Positions 8,429-16,936 of a DNA stretch of 29,713 bases are shown piece after piece (within the stretch, counting starts at the first letter, position 1; each line of letters starts with the position of its first letter). The position numbers and the translations under genes were made by a program. Location: contig JBARYS010000208.1 of the NCBI GenBank assembly GCA_049648155.1, positions 1 to 29,713 of the forward strand. Reading direction: 5' to 3'. Under the pieces are notes generated by a model. It did not search any database. It was not told the origin of the DNA and was given only the letters and a program-made list of their open reading frames with translations. Source of the DNA: Catalinimonas sp. Lineage in GTDB: Bacteria; Bacteroidota; Bacteroidia; Cytophagales; Flexibacteraceae.

Positions 8429-9666
8429 GCAGGAGCGTCGCCGTCGGGCGTGCCCATCGACAAATCTAGCTCCTCCAGCTGCGCGGCCCAAGCGGGTGGC
8501 TCGCTGTTGGGGAAGATGGCGTAGTGCTTTTGTGAAACGAGCGCCAGCAGCTCCCGGCGGAACGTATCGACGTTGATGCGGCGACCGGCCGAGATGAACA
8601 CGGTGCGGTCGGCCGATTTTCCCAGGTAAGAGTTTTGCAAGCGGTCGAGCGCCTCGGCCTCCGTCAGGCCATTCTGAAATTCGGGCAGTTGGTCGATCTT
8701 GTTGAACACCAGCAGGGTGGGCTTATCAGCGGCCTTCAGGTCGGCCAAGACGTTGTTTACCACCGCGATGTGCTCCTCTACGGCGGGGTGCGAAGCGTCC
8801 ACCACGTGCACGAGCACGTCGGCCTCACGCACCTCGTCGAGGGTCGACTTGAAGCTTTCGATCAGGTGCGTAGGCAGCTTGCGGATAAACCCGACGGTGT
8901 CGGTCAGCAAAAAAGGAGTGTTCTCGAACACCACCTTGCGCACCGTCGAGTCGACCGTGGCAAAGAGCTTGTTCTCGGCGAACACGTCGGCCTTACTCAT
9001 CAGGTTCATCAGCGTCGACTTGCCCACGTTCGTGTAGCCTACTAGTGCCACGCGCACCAGCCGGTCGCGGTGCTGGCGGCGCGTCACGCTCTGCCGGTCG
9101 AACTTGTCGAGTTTGTCCTTCAGCAGCGAGATACGGTCCTGCACAATCCGGCGGTCCGTTTCGAGCTCCTTCTCGCCCGGGCCGCGCATGCCCACACCAC
9201 CGCGCTGTTTGCTCAGGTGCGTCCACATGCGCGTCAGGCGGGGGTAGAGGTACTGATACTGCGCCAGCTCGACTTGCGTCTTCGACTGGGCCGTCTGGGC
9301 GCGCTGCGCGAAGATGTTCAGGATCAGCAAGCTCCGGTCCAGCACCTTGCACTTCAAGGACCCTTCGAGGTTGCGCACCTGTGAGGGCGTGAGGTCATCG
9401 TCGAAAATGGCGATGTCGACCTCTTCGGCCAACACGTACGCCGCGAGCTCTTCAAGCTTTCCCTTACCTACGTAGGTGCGGTGATCGGGCTTGGTGAGGC
9501 GCTGCGTGAACCGCATCTGCACCTCGACCCCCGCCGTGCCGGCCAGGAAGGCCAACTCGTCGAGGTGGTCGCGAAGCTGGGCGTCGGACTGCCCCTGGTG
9601 CTGCACCGCCACCAGCACGGCCGATTCGGGAACTACGTCGGTAGAGATAAACTTCTTTTCGAGCAT
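8419..9666 (-). CDS. hflX: Ribosome-splitting GTPase HflX
   Basis: 'GKGKLEEL', 'DDDLTPSQ', 'GPGEKELETDRR', G1 'GYTNVGKST', 'LFATVD', G3 'DTVGFI', G4 'NKID'. Start at ATG 9666; stop TAG at 8421-8419 lies inside the tRNA gene. Confidence 0.96.
   Translation of the reverse strand: MLEKKFISTDVVPESAVLVAVQHQGQSDAQLRDHLDELAFLAGTAGVEVQMRFTQRLTKPDHRTYVGKGKLEELAAYVLAEEVDIAIFDDDLTPSQVRNLEGSLKCKVLDRSLLILNIFAQRAQTAQSKTQVELAQYQYLYPRLTRMWTHLSKQRGGVGMRGPGEKELETDRRIVQDRISLLKDKLDKFDRQSVTRRQHRDRLVRVALVGYTNVGKSTLMNLMSKADVFAENKLFATVDSTVRKVVFENTPFLLTDTVGFIRKLPTHLIESFKSTLDEVREADVLVHVVDASHPAVEEHIAVVNNVLADLKAADKPTLLVFNKIDQLPEFQNGLTEAEALDRLQNSYLGKSADRTVFISAGRRINVDTFRRELLALVSQKHYAIFPNSEPPAWAAQLEELDLSMGTPDGDAPAAP
8461..8492 (-). 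promoter_or_regulatory. Bacteroidota sigma-70-type promoter for tRNA-Arg embedded in the hflX 3' end
   Basis: TAGATTTG (8468-8461) is an exact match to the -7 consensus TAnnTTTG. CTTG lies 20 bp upstream at the -33 (TTTG) position. The -7 box is 32 nt before the tRNA. Confidence 0.6.
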
Positions 9667-9761
9667 AAGAGGGTTGTAAAGCGCCCACCAGAACGCCAAG
9701 CCGCGCGGGAAGGTTTCGACAGCGGCCCGGCCACACGTTTCGCGAACCGGCACACTCTGCC

Positions 9762-9769
9762 TAGCTTTG
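9762..9769 (+). promoter_or_regulatory. -7 promoter element for the rfbC-wza-wzc operon
   Basis: TAGCTTTG matches TAnnTTTG, 30 nt upstream of the rfbC ATG in the divergent hflX/rfbC gap. Confidence 0.55.
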
Positions 9770-9799
9770 TGCGCTCCATGTCACCATTCGCACCGTCAC

Positions 9800-10339
9800 A
9801 TGACGTTTAAGCCTTCGTACCTGGCGGGCGTCTTCGAAATCCGCCCCAGAGTATTCAAGGACCACAGAGGCTTCTTCCTCGAATCTTACAACGAACGCGT
9901 CTTCGCTGCGCACGGCATCGCACGTGAGTTCGTGCAAGACAACTACTCCTTTTCCAACAAAGGCGTGATCCGTGGGCTGCACTTTCAGCGCCCCCCCCAC
10001 GCACAAGCCAAACTGGTGCGGGTAGCACGGGGGCGCGCCCTTGACGTCGTGGTCGATTTACGGCACGGCTCCCCTACCTTCGGGCAGATCGACTGCTTCG
10101 AGTTGAGCGCCGACGCGAACAACATGGTGTGGATTCCGGAGGGCTTCGCGCATGGGTTCGAAGCCCTTGAAGAGACAATCCTGATGTACAAGTGTAGTGG
10201 CTTCTACGACCGTGACTCCGAAGACGGGATCATCTGGAGCGATCCGGCCTTAGATATTCCCTGGCAAGTGAAAGCTCCACAGATTTCCGACAAGGACACG
10301 GCGTTGCCCCTCTTTCAGGCGGACGGCAATTATTTCTAA
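9800..10339 (+). CDS. rfbC: dTDP-4-dehydrorhamnose 3,5-epimerase
   Basis: 'DHRGFFLESY', 'FVQDNYSFS', 'GVIRGLHFQ', 'QAKLVRV', 'IPEGFAHGF', 'YKC', 'SDKD'. Confidence 0.95.
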   Translation: MTFKPSYLAGVFEIRPRVFKDHRGFFLESYNERVFAAHGIAREFVQDNYSFSNKGVIRGLHFQRPPHAQAKLVRVARGRALDVVVDLRHGSPTFGQIDCFELSADANNMVWIPEGFAHGFEALEETILMYKCSGFYDRDSEDGIIWSDPALDIPWQVKAPQISDKDTALPLFQADGNYF

Positions 10340-10366
10340 GTTACGTCGTTGGTTCCTACCGTATTC

Positions 10367-11218
10367 ATGCTCAAACCACACATGCAAGGCCGCTGCTCGG
10401 GGCTCGTTTTTTCTTTTACACTGCTTCTCTTACTGAGTACGTCTGGGTGTCGTTTCTATCGCCAGGACATCTTGTTTCGCGCCGATTCCGCCGACGTTGC
10501 ACAAGCTACGGCACTGCAACAAGCCCTATCACAGGCCGAGCGCAACTACAAGATTAGGGTGGACGACTTTGTGCACCTACAGGTTTTCACTAACGACGGC
10601 GAGATCATTCTGGACCCCACCGGAGAGCTGCAACGGCAGATGATGGGCGGACAGGGCATGATCATGCAGCAGGGGCAGGGGCAGGGGCAAGGGCGGAACT
10701 TAACTCAAATGGGCTATCTGGTCCAATACGACGGCTACGCTAAGTTGCCCATGGTTGGCATGGTGCGCCTTGCCGGATTGACCCACCAGCAAGCCGACAG
10801 TCTGCTTGAACTGCGGTTTCAGGAATTTTACGAAGACCCGTTCGTTAAAATACGGGCTATAGAGAGCCGCCGGGTGTTCGTGTTGGGTGCCACTATGGCG
10901 GGCGGCCAGGTGATTCCGCTCCAGTTCGAAGGCATGAGTTTAATTGAAGTGTTGGCGCTGTGCGGCGGGCTGGACATGCAAGCCAATGCTTCGAACATCA
11001 GGCTCATCCGGGGCGACTTGGCTGAGCCCCAAGTGCAGATCATCGACTTGTCGACCCTGCAAGGCCTGCGACAAGCAGAGCTGACCATGCTCCCTAACGA
11101 CATCGTTTACGTGGAGCCGGGCCGCCGCCCCACCCTGGACGTGATACGTGATTTTACGCCTCTGCTGGGTCTCTTTACCAGCTTAACCACCGTTGTCCTA
11201 CTGCTAACGAGGCTTTAA
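10367..11218 (+). CDS. wza: Wza-like polysaccharide export outer-membrane lipoprotein
   Basis: Lipobox-like 'LSTSGC', Poly_export domain 'YKIRVDD...YLVQYDGYAKLPMVG.V.LAGLT', SLBB domain 'LIEVLALCGG...NIRLIRG...NDIVYVEP' and C-terminal hydrophobic helix. Start uncertain (10367 or 10382). Confidence 0.85.
   Translation: MLKPHMQGRCSGLVFSFTLLLLLSTSGCRFYRQDILFRADSADVAQATALQQALSQAERNYKIRVDDFVHLQVFTNDGEIILDPTGELQRQMMGGQGMIMQQGQGQGQGRNLTQMGYLVQYDGYAKLPMVGMVRLAGLTHQQADSLLELRFQEFYEDPFVKIRAIESRRVFVLGATMAGGQVIPLQFEGMSLIEVLALCGGLDMQANASNIRLIRGDLAEPQVQIIDLSTLQGLRQAELTMLPNDIVYVEPGRRPTLDVIRDFTPLLGLFTSLTTVVLLLTRL
10670..10693 (+). repeat. (CAGGGG)3-CAAGGG in-frame microsatellite encoding QGQGQGQG in Wza
   Basis: Read directly from the sequence. 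Confidence 0.8.
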
Positions 11219-11231
11219 AGCGGCTGTTCTC

Positions 11232-13670
11232 ATGGAGAATTCTACTTTCACCCCTTTGGGGGACATTGAGGACGACGGGGGTTCAAGTCCATTTGACTGG
11301 CAGAAACTACTCTCTATCGTCAACCGCAGCATCGTCTGGATAATCCTTTTGATACTGCTGGCAGCGCTCTCTGCCTACCTCTTTCTACGCTACACCAAAC
11401 CTGTTTACCAGTCCTCTTCGCTCTTGAAGCTCGAAGTGAAGCGCACTGCCGGCGACCTCGGGCTGGGGGGGAGCCTTTCGGAGGCCGTCGGTTCTCAACT
11501 CGACAACCTGCAAGGGGAAGTAGAATTGATAAGATCCCGGCTGATCTACAATCAGGTGCTCGATCAGCTTCCGCTAGAGACGAGTTACTACGTGATCGGC
11601 GACCTGTTGAACAGCGAACTTTATCAAGACGCCCCCTTTGAGGCGCAGTACACGCTTCAGGACCAAGCGCTGAGAGATCAGCCCATCGGGGTAGAGATCA
11701 TCAATAACCAAGAGTATCTCCTCTCTTACAAGCTGAACGACCGGGACATATCCGACCGCTTTGAGTTTGGAAAGCCCTACAAAAACGATCATCTACAATT
11801 CCGACTGGAAAAGACCCGTCACTTCAACCGGGGAACGCCCGGTCGCTACTACTTCGTGGCCAACAGCCGGGGGGCGCTCATAAACTACCTGACCCAGAAC
11901 CTTGACGTGAAGATCGTCAACGCGGGTGCCAGCACCATCGGCATCTCATTCACCGACTTCACCCCAAAGAAAGCGCAGGACATAGTGAATGCCTTCGATT
12001 CGGTGTATTTAGCTCAGACCGTCGCGTACAAAAACCAAGCGACCGAGCAGACCCTGGCTTTTCTGGAGACACAACTCGACTCGACCGCCCGTAAGCTCAC
12101 CGCTCAGGAGGCAGAGATTGAAGACTTTATTCTCGACGAACGAACGCTGAGCGTGACCGGCTCCATCGAAGAGACACTTGAGCAAATCCGGGGGCTGCGC
12201 GACAGCATCTTGTCTAGTCAGAGAAGTCTAGTAGCATTAGACCAGCTTGACAAGATGCTGGCAGAAGGTCGCGGCCCGGAGAATGAATTCCGATACATAC
12301 CGGTGTTACGTTACGTGCGCGACGCAGAGTTGAGTCGGATGATCGGCGAACTAAACGAACTCGCTAGTCAGCAAGAGATGCTTACGGCCTCGGCCAAGGC
12401 CAACACACAGGCGTACCAGTTTCAGACCAAAGAGATCAACGAACTGCGTACGTCGGCTCGGCAACTTGTTGAGATCAATAAGGAGTTCTATCAGCAGCGC
12501 ATCGTTGAAAGTAGGAAGCTGGCCACTCAATTGGAGCAGGCTTTTGCTGCTCTTCCTGCTAAGGATACGGAGATCGGTCGCATCCAACGGTTCCGCGGAC
12601 TTTATGAAGCGTTCTACCTTACGCTGATGCAACGGCTTACCGACTACGGCATCGCCAAAGCGGGTACGGTTCCGGAGTTTCAGATTCTGGCGTCCGCGAA
12701 CCTTCCCAGCGAACCTGTTACACCTGACCCCGGGAGGGTGTATCTGATTGCCATCGGTTTGGGCCTCGCCTTAGGTATCGGCCTGATCGGTGCTCGTTAC
12801 GCGCTGCACAACCGTTTCGTACACCAACGTGACCTAGAGCGTGCCGTCTCGATTCCGGTGCTGGGCGTAATTCCTGCCTACCACCGCCGTGGGCACCTCA
12901 ACGCCGCACGGGTAGTTGCTCATGAGAACCCCAAGTCGGCTCTGAGTGAAGCGCTTCGCGCCATCCGCACGAACCTCTCTTTTGTCAGCTCCAAGGCCGA
13001 CACGAATGTGCTCTCCGTAACTTCGACCGTGAGCGGTGAAGGCAAAACTTTCGTGACGGTGAACCTGGCCGCCGTGACCGCCATGACCGGCAAAAAAGTG
13101 CTTGTGCTGGACATGGACATGCGGAAGCCGAAAATCCACCGGGTGTTCGACGAAGGCGTGATTGTTAATACGCAGGGAACGAGTAACTACCTAAGCGATC
13201 AGGACACGTGGCGAAACGTGGTGCAAGAGACACCACTGGAAAACCTCCACATCATCCCGTCCGGGCCGCCCCCGCCCAACCCCTCCGAGCTTCTGCTGCG
13301 CCCACGCTTCGCCGAGGCACTTAAAGAGATGCGCGAAGTGTACGACACGATCTTCATCGACTGCCCCCCGATCGGGCTCGTCACGGACGGCATCATCGTC
13401 ATGCGACAAGTCGACATTCCCCTTTACGTGGTGCGCTCGGAGTACTCACGCAAGGAATACGCTAAGACCATCAACAAGATGGCCCGCGACGTGAACGCCC
13501 CCAATCTGTCGCTCATCCTCAACGGCGTCAACAGCCAAGGGTCGTACGGATATGGTTACGGGTACGGGTACGGGTACGGGTACGGGTACGGGTACAACTA
13601 CTACTCGGACGATAAGCCCGTCGGCGGAAATCGGATGGCCTGGTTACGGAAGCTGACCCGCCGCGGATGA
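11232..13670 (+). CDS. wzc: Wzc-type polysaccharide co-polymerase / BY tyrosine kinase
   Basis: Two TM helices flanking a large coiled-coil periplasmic region, 'SEALRAIRTNL', Walker A 'GEGKT', A' 'DMDMRKP', Walker B 'IFIDCPP' and a C-terminal Tyr cluster. Confidence 0.93.
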   Translation: MENSTFTPLGDIEDDGGSSPFDWQKLLSIVNRSIVWIILLILLAALSAYLFLRYTKPVYQSSSLLKLEVKRTAGDLGLGGSLSEAVGSQLDNLQGEVELIRSRLIYNQVLDQLPLETSYYVIGDLLNSELYQDAPFEAQYTLQDQALRDQPIGVEIINNQEYLLSYKLNDRDISDRFEFGKPYKNDHLQFRLEKTRHFNRGTPGRYYFVANSRGALINYLTQNLDVKIVNAGASTIGISFTDFTPKKAQDIVNAFDSVYLAQTVAYKNQATEQTLAFLETQLDSTARKLTAQEAEIEDFILDERTLSVTGSIEETLEQIRGLRDSILSSQRSLVALDQLDKMLAEGRGPENEFRYIPVLRYVRDAELSRMIGELNELASQQEMLTASAKANTQAYQFQTKEINELRTSARQLVEINKEFYQQRIVESRKLATQLEQAFAALPAKDTEIGRIQRFRGLYEAFYLTLMQRLTDYGIAKAGTVPEFQILASANLPSEPVTPDPGRVYLIAIGLGLALGIGLIGARYALHNRFVHQRDLERAVSIPVLGVIPAYHRRGHLNAARVVAHENPKSALSEALRAIRTNLSFVSSKADTNVLSVTSTVSGEGKTFVTVNLAAVTAMTGKKVLVLDMDMRKPKIHRVFDEGVIVNTQGTSNYLSDQDTWRNVVQETPLENLHIIPSGPPPPNPSELLLRPRFAEALKEMREVYDTIFIDCPPIGLVTDGIIVMRQVDIPLYVVRSEYSRKEYAKTINKMARDVNAPNLSLILNGVNSQGSYGYGYGYGYGYGYGYGYNYYSDDKPVGGNRMAWLRKLTRRG
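13557..13595 (+). repeat. Perfect (TACGGG)6-TAC tandem repeat encoding the Wzc Tyr-Gly cluster
   Basis: Six exact hexamers at 13557-13592, preceded by two degenerate units (TACGGA TATGGT). Confidence 0.95.
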
Positions 13671-14404
13671 GCCTACTTACCCGCCTCTTCGGCCCGTCGC
13701 CCGCCGAGAATCCGCCCTACACGACGGACCTGCACTCGCACCTGCTGCCCGGCATCGACGACGGGGCCGCCGACCTAAATGAGTCGGTGGCGATGATCAG
13801 GCGCTTCGGTGAGTTGGGCTTCACCAAGCTCATCACCACGCCGCACATCATGCCCGGCTACTACGACAACGACCGGGAGATCATCCTCGGCAAGCGCGAC
13901 GAGGTGCGCGAGGCGCTGGCCGCCGCCGGAATCGCCGTGCAACTGGAGGCTGCCGCCGAGTATTACCTCGACGAGGCGTTTCTCCACCGCCTGGACGCCG
14001 GGGAGCCGCTGCTGACGTTCGGCGGCAACCACGTGCTGATCGAAACGTCGTTCATGGTGTCGCCAACGCGGTTCGAGGAGATCGTCTTTCAGCTAAAGTC
14101 GGCCGGTTATCAGCCCGTTCTGGCACACCCGGAGCGGTACCTGTACACGGGCGGTGACTTTGGGTTTGCCGAACGCCTGATCGCTTCCGGGTTGCTGATG
14201 CAGGTGAACCTGCTTTCGCTGCGCGGCTACTACTCGCCCGCCGCCCGGCGGTACGCGCGGGGGCTGATCGACCGGGGCTGGGTGCACATGCTCGGCTCAG
14301 ACTGCCACAAGATGCGCCACCTGGAAGAGTTGCGAAAAGTGCTCAAAGGCGACCGCTACTTCAACCAGGCGCTGGCGCTGCCGCTCTTAAACTTCGCTCT
14401 GTAG
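13667..14404 (+). CDS. PHP-family tyrosine-protein phosphatase (CpsB/CapC/YwqE type)
   Basis: 'DLHSHLLPGIDDG', 'TTPH', 'AHPERY', 'GSDCH'. ATGA overlap with the wzc stop. Confidence 0.92.
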   Translation: MSLLTRLFGPSPAENPPYTTDLHSHLLPGIDDGAADLNESVAMIRRFGELGFTKLITTPHIMPGYYDNDREIILGKRDEVREALAAAGIAVQLEAAAEYYLDEAFLHRLDAGEPLLTFGGNHVLIETSFMVSPTRFEEIVFQLKSAGYQPVLAHPERYLYTGGDFGFAERLIASGLLMQVNLLSLRGYYSPAARRYARGLIDRGWVHMLGSDCHKMRHLEELRKVLKGDRYFNQALALPLLNFAL

Positions 14405-14405
14405 C

Positions 14406-15410
14406 ATGATCCTGATTACGGGCGCAAGCGGGCTGGTGGGGCGGTGGTTGGTCGAGGCCTTCGCCGACGCCGGGCACCCGGTGCAGGCAATGGTACGACG
14501 CCCGCCCGTGCGTGCCCTTTCGCCACTGGCCGAGGTGGTGCAGGGCGATTTGCTCGACCTGCCCCGCCTACGGGAGCTCTGCCGGGGTGTCGACGCGGTC
14601 GTACACGCGGCGGGCATGGTGCGCCTTGCCGGCGGCGGGCGGCGGGCCATGCGGCGCGTCAACGTAGAGGGGACCGCGAACATCCTCGCGGCCGCCCAGG
14701 CGGAGGGCGTCGGTTGGTTCGGGCACGTGAGCTCGGTGGCAGCGCTGGGTCAGCCCACCCCCACCGACCGGGCGAATACGGGGCAGCCTTTGTGGATCGA
14801 CGAGACGGCCATGTGGCAGGCCGGGACCGACACCACACCGTACGCCCGCACGAAGTACGAAGCCGAACGCGAGGTCTGGCGCGCCGCCGCCGAGGGGCTG
14901 CCCGTCTGCGTCGTTAACCCGTCGGTCGTGCTGGCCCCCGAGGAGCGCAGCAGCGGCCAACTGGTGCGCTATGCCTGGGAGGAGCGCCGCTACTACCCAC
15001 CGGGGCACGTCAACTACGTCGACGTGCGTGACGTGGCGGAGATTGTGCGCCGCCTCTACGAGCGGCACACGCAGCACCAGCGCTTTATCGTCAGCGCGGG
15101 CGCGGTCTCTTATCAGGAGTTGTTTGCCCGCATGGCTACCTTGATGGACCGCCGTCCGCCCCCCGCGCGCCTCACGCCCGGCGTGGGGGCGCTGGCGTGG
15201 CGGGCCGACAAGATACGGACCCTGGTGACCCGCACGCCGCGCCGGGTGAGCCGGTCGATGCTGCAACGCTTCGGCCGACAGGACCACTTCGACGCCGGCA
15301 AGGTACGGCGACATCTGGCCTACGAATTCCGTCCGTTAGAGGAGACCCTGGCCTGGGTTTGCCGTGAATGGCGCGCAAATTACGCCCCGCCCGCACCAAT
15401 CTCCCCCTGA
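14406..15410 (+). CDS. NAD-dependent epimerase/dehydratase (extended SDR)
   Basis: 'ILITGASGLVG', 'HAAG', 'NVEGT', 'HVSSVAA', catalytic 'YARTK'. Confidence 0.88.
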   Translation: MILITGASGLVGRWLVEAFADAGHPVQAMVRRPPVRALSPLAEVVQGDLLDLPRLRELCRGVDAVVHAAGMVRLAGGGRRAMRRVNVEGTANILAAAQAEGVGWFGHVSSVAALGQPTPTDRANTGQPLWIDETAMWQAGTDTTPYARTKYEAEREVWRAAAEGLPVCVVNPSVVLAPEERSSGQLVRYAWEERRYYPPGHVNYVDVRDVAEIVRRLYERHTQHQRFIVSAGAVSYQELFARMATLMDRRPPPARLTPGVGALAWRADKIRTLVTRTPRRVSRSMLQRFGRQDHFDAGKVRRHLAYEFRPLEETLAWVCREWRANYAPPAPISP

Positions 15411-15526
15411 CCGATGTTTTAGACGCAGCCGCTTTGCGGTCACTTGGATATTTACGACCTTGGCTACGTCGGTACGAAAGTTCTTTTACAAAACCGCCGG
15501 TTCGGCCACACAATATCACCGACTAC

Positions 15527-16936
15527 ATGGCAAGACACTTTATAAACAGGGAAGACGGCAAAGAGTGGATCGCCCGCTACGAAGCGATGCTCGACCGCCG
15601 GGAGCCTTGTTTCTTCGACCTAGAGACGTTTGACTACATCATCAACCATTACGCCGAACGGGGGCAACCCGAACGGGCACTGCGGGCCTGCGACGTGGCC
15701 GGTGATCTCTACCCCTTCTCTTCTGAACTGCGGCAGCACCGCGCGCAGATTCTCAGCAGCATGGGCCGCCACGACGAGGCCCTCGACCTGCTGGCGCACG
15801 CCCTCACGCTGCAGCCCAACGACCCTGAACTGTTGATGGCGCGCGGCCTGATCCTCACGCAAGCCCGCCGTTACGAAGAGGCCGTTGCACAGTTGGAAGA
15901 CTGCCTGCCGCAGGTTGAGGAACGCGACGAGGCTCACTTCGCCCTCGGCATGGCTTACCAGCACTGGGGTCGTTACGACGACGCCATCCGCTGCCATCAG
16001 CAGGTGCTCGAGATCAACCTGGACCACGAGGACGCTCTCTACGAACTGGCCTACTGCCTGGAACTGACCGGACAGCTCGACGGCAGCCTGGAGCACTACC
16101 GGCAGTTCATCGACCGTGATCCGTTCTCGGCGCACGCCTGGTACAACCTGGGTATCATCCACAACAAGCTGGGAGACTTCACGGAGGCACTGCAGGCCTA
16201 CGAGTACGCCACGCTTATCAAGGACGACTTTGCCTCGGCGTACTTTAACATGGGCAACGCATACATGAACCTGGAGCGCTACGAGGAGGCCCTGCAAGCT
16301 TACCTGCGCACGCGCGAACTGGAGGCGGACAACCCTGAAACCCTGGTCTGTCTGGCGGCCTGCTACGAGCACCTCGACCAGCCGAAGCGCGCCATGCGCT
16401 ACTACCGCGAGGCGCTGCAGTGCGACGATCAGTACGACGACGCCTACTACGGCCTCGGCTCGTGTCTGCTCGCGCAGTCGAAAAATATGGAGGCGATCCA
16501 CTTCTTCAAGAAGGCCATCCAGATCAACGAGTACAACGACCTCTATTGGCTTGACCTGGCGCGGGCCGAATACCGGCTCGGCAACGTGATCTCTTGCTCG
16601 GAAGCTTACGAACGGGCCAGCGCCATCGAACCGGGCAACCCCGAGGTGTGGCAGGAGTGGTCGTTTGTCTACTTCGACCAAGGCGACTACGAGCGGGCCA
16701 TCAGCCTGATCACCAGCGGCATCGAAGAGATCCCCGACGACGCCGACCTGCAGTACCGCTGCGTGGCCTACCAACTCAGCGCCGGCCGCGCCAAGGAAGC
16801 GCTGGCTTATCTTGAGAAAGCCTTAATTTTGAACTTTGATCAACATCAGGTTTTGTTCGATTTCTTCACGGAGCCCCGCTCGCGGCGGGCCCTCAGCAAG
16901 ATCATCGACCAGTTCCGCACTGAAGACGCTGGATGA
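15527..16936 (+). CDS. Tetratricopeptide repeat protein
   Basis: Many 34-aa TPR units (for example 'AWYNLGIIHNKLGDFTEALQAYEYA' and 'AYFNMGNAYMNLERYEEALQAY'). Start set at ATG 15527 after the intergenic gap. Confidence 0.88.
   Translation: MARHFINREDGKEWIARYEAMLDRREPCFFDLETFDYIINHYAERGQPERALRACDVAGDLYPFSSELRQHRAQILSSMGRHDEALDLLAHALTLQPNDPELLMARGLILTQARRYEEAVAQLEDCLPQVEERDEAHFALGMAYQHWGRYDDAIRCHQQVLEINLDHEDALYELAYCLELTGQLDGSLEHYRQFIDRDPFSAHAWYNLGIIHNKLGDFTEALQAYEYATLIKDDFASAYFNMGNAYMNLERYEEALQAYLRTRELEADNPETLVCLAACYEHLDQPKRAMRYYREALQCDDQYDDAYYGLGSCLLAQSKNMEAIHFFKKAIQINEYNDLYWLDLARAEYRLGNVISCSEAYERASAIEPGNPEVWQEWSFVYFDQGDYERAISLITSGIEEIPDDADLQYRCVAYQLSAGRAKEALAYLEKALILNFDQHQVLFDFFTEPRSRRALSKIIDQFRTEDAG

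Noticed and set aside
13545..13600. Tandem repeats considered as a CRISPR array
   Set aside because: 6-bp coding microsatellite with no spacers and no cas genes.
15368..15526. Long N-terminal extensions in the ORF track for the TPR protein, relA, hflX, iscS, glmM, DAGK and M48
   Set aside because: The extensions overlap neighbouring genes or promoter regions, and family similarity starts at the downstream starts used here.
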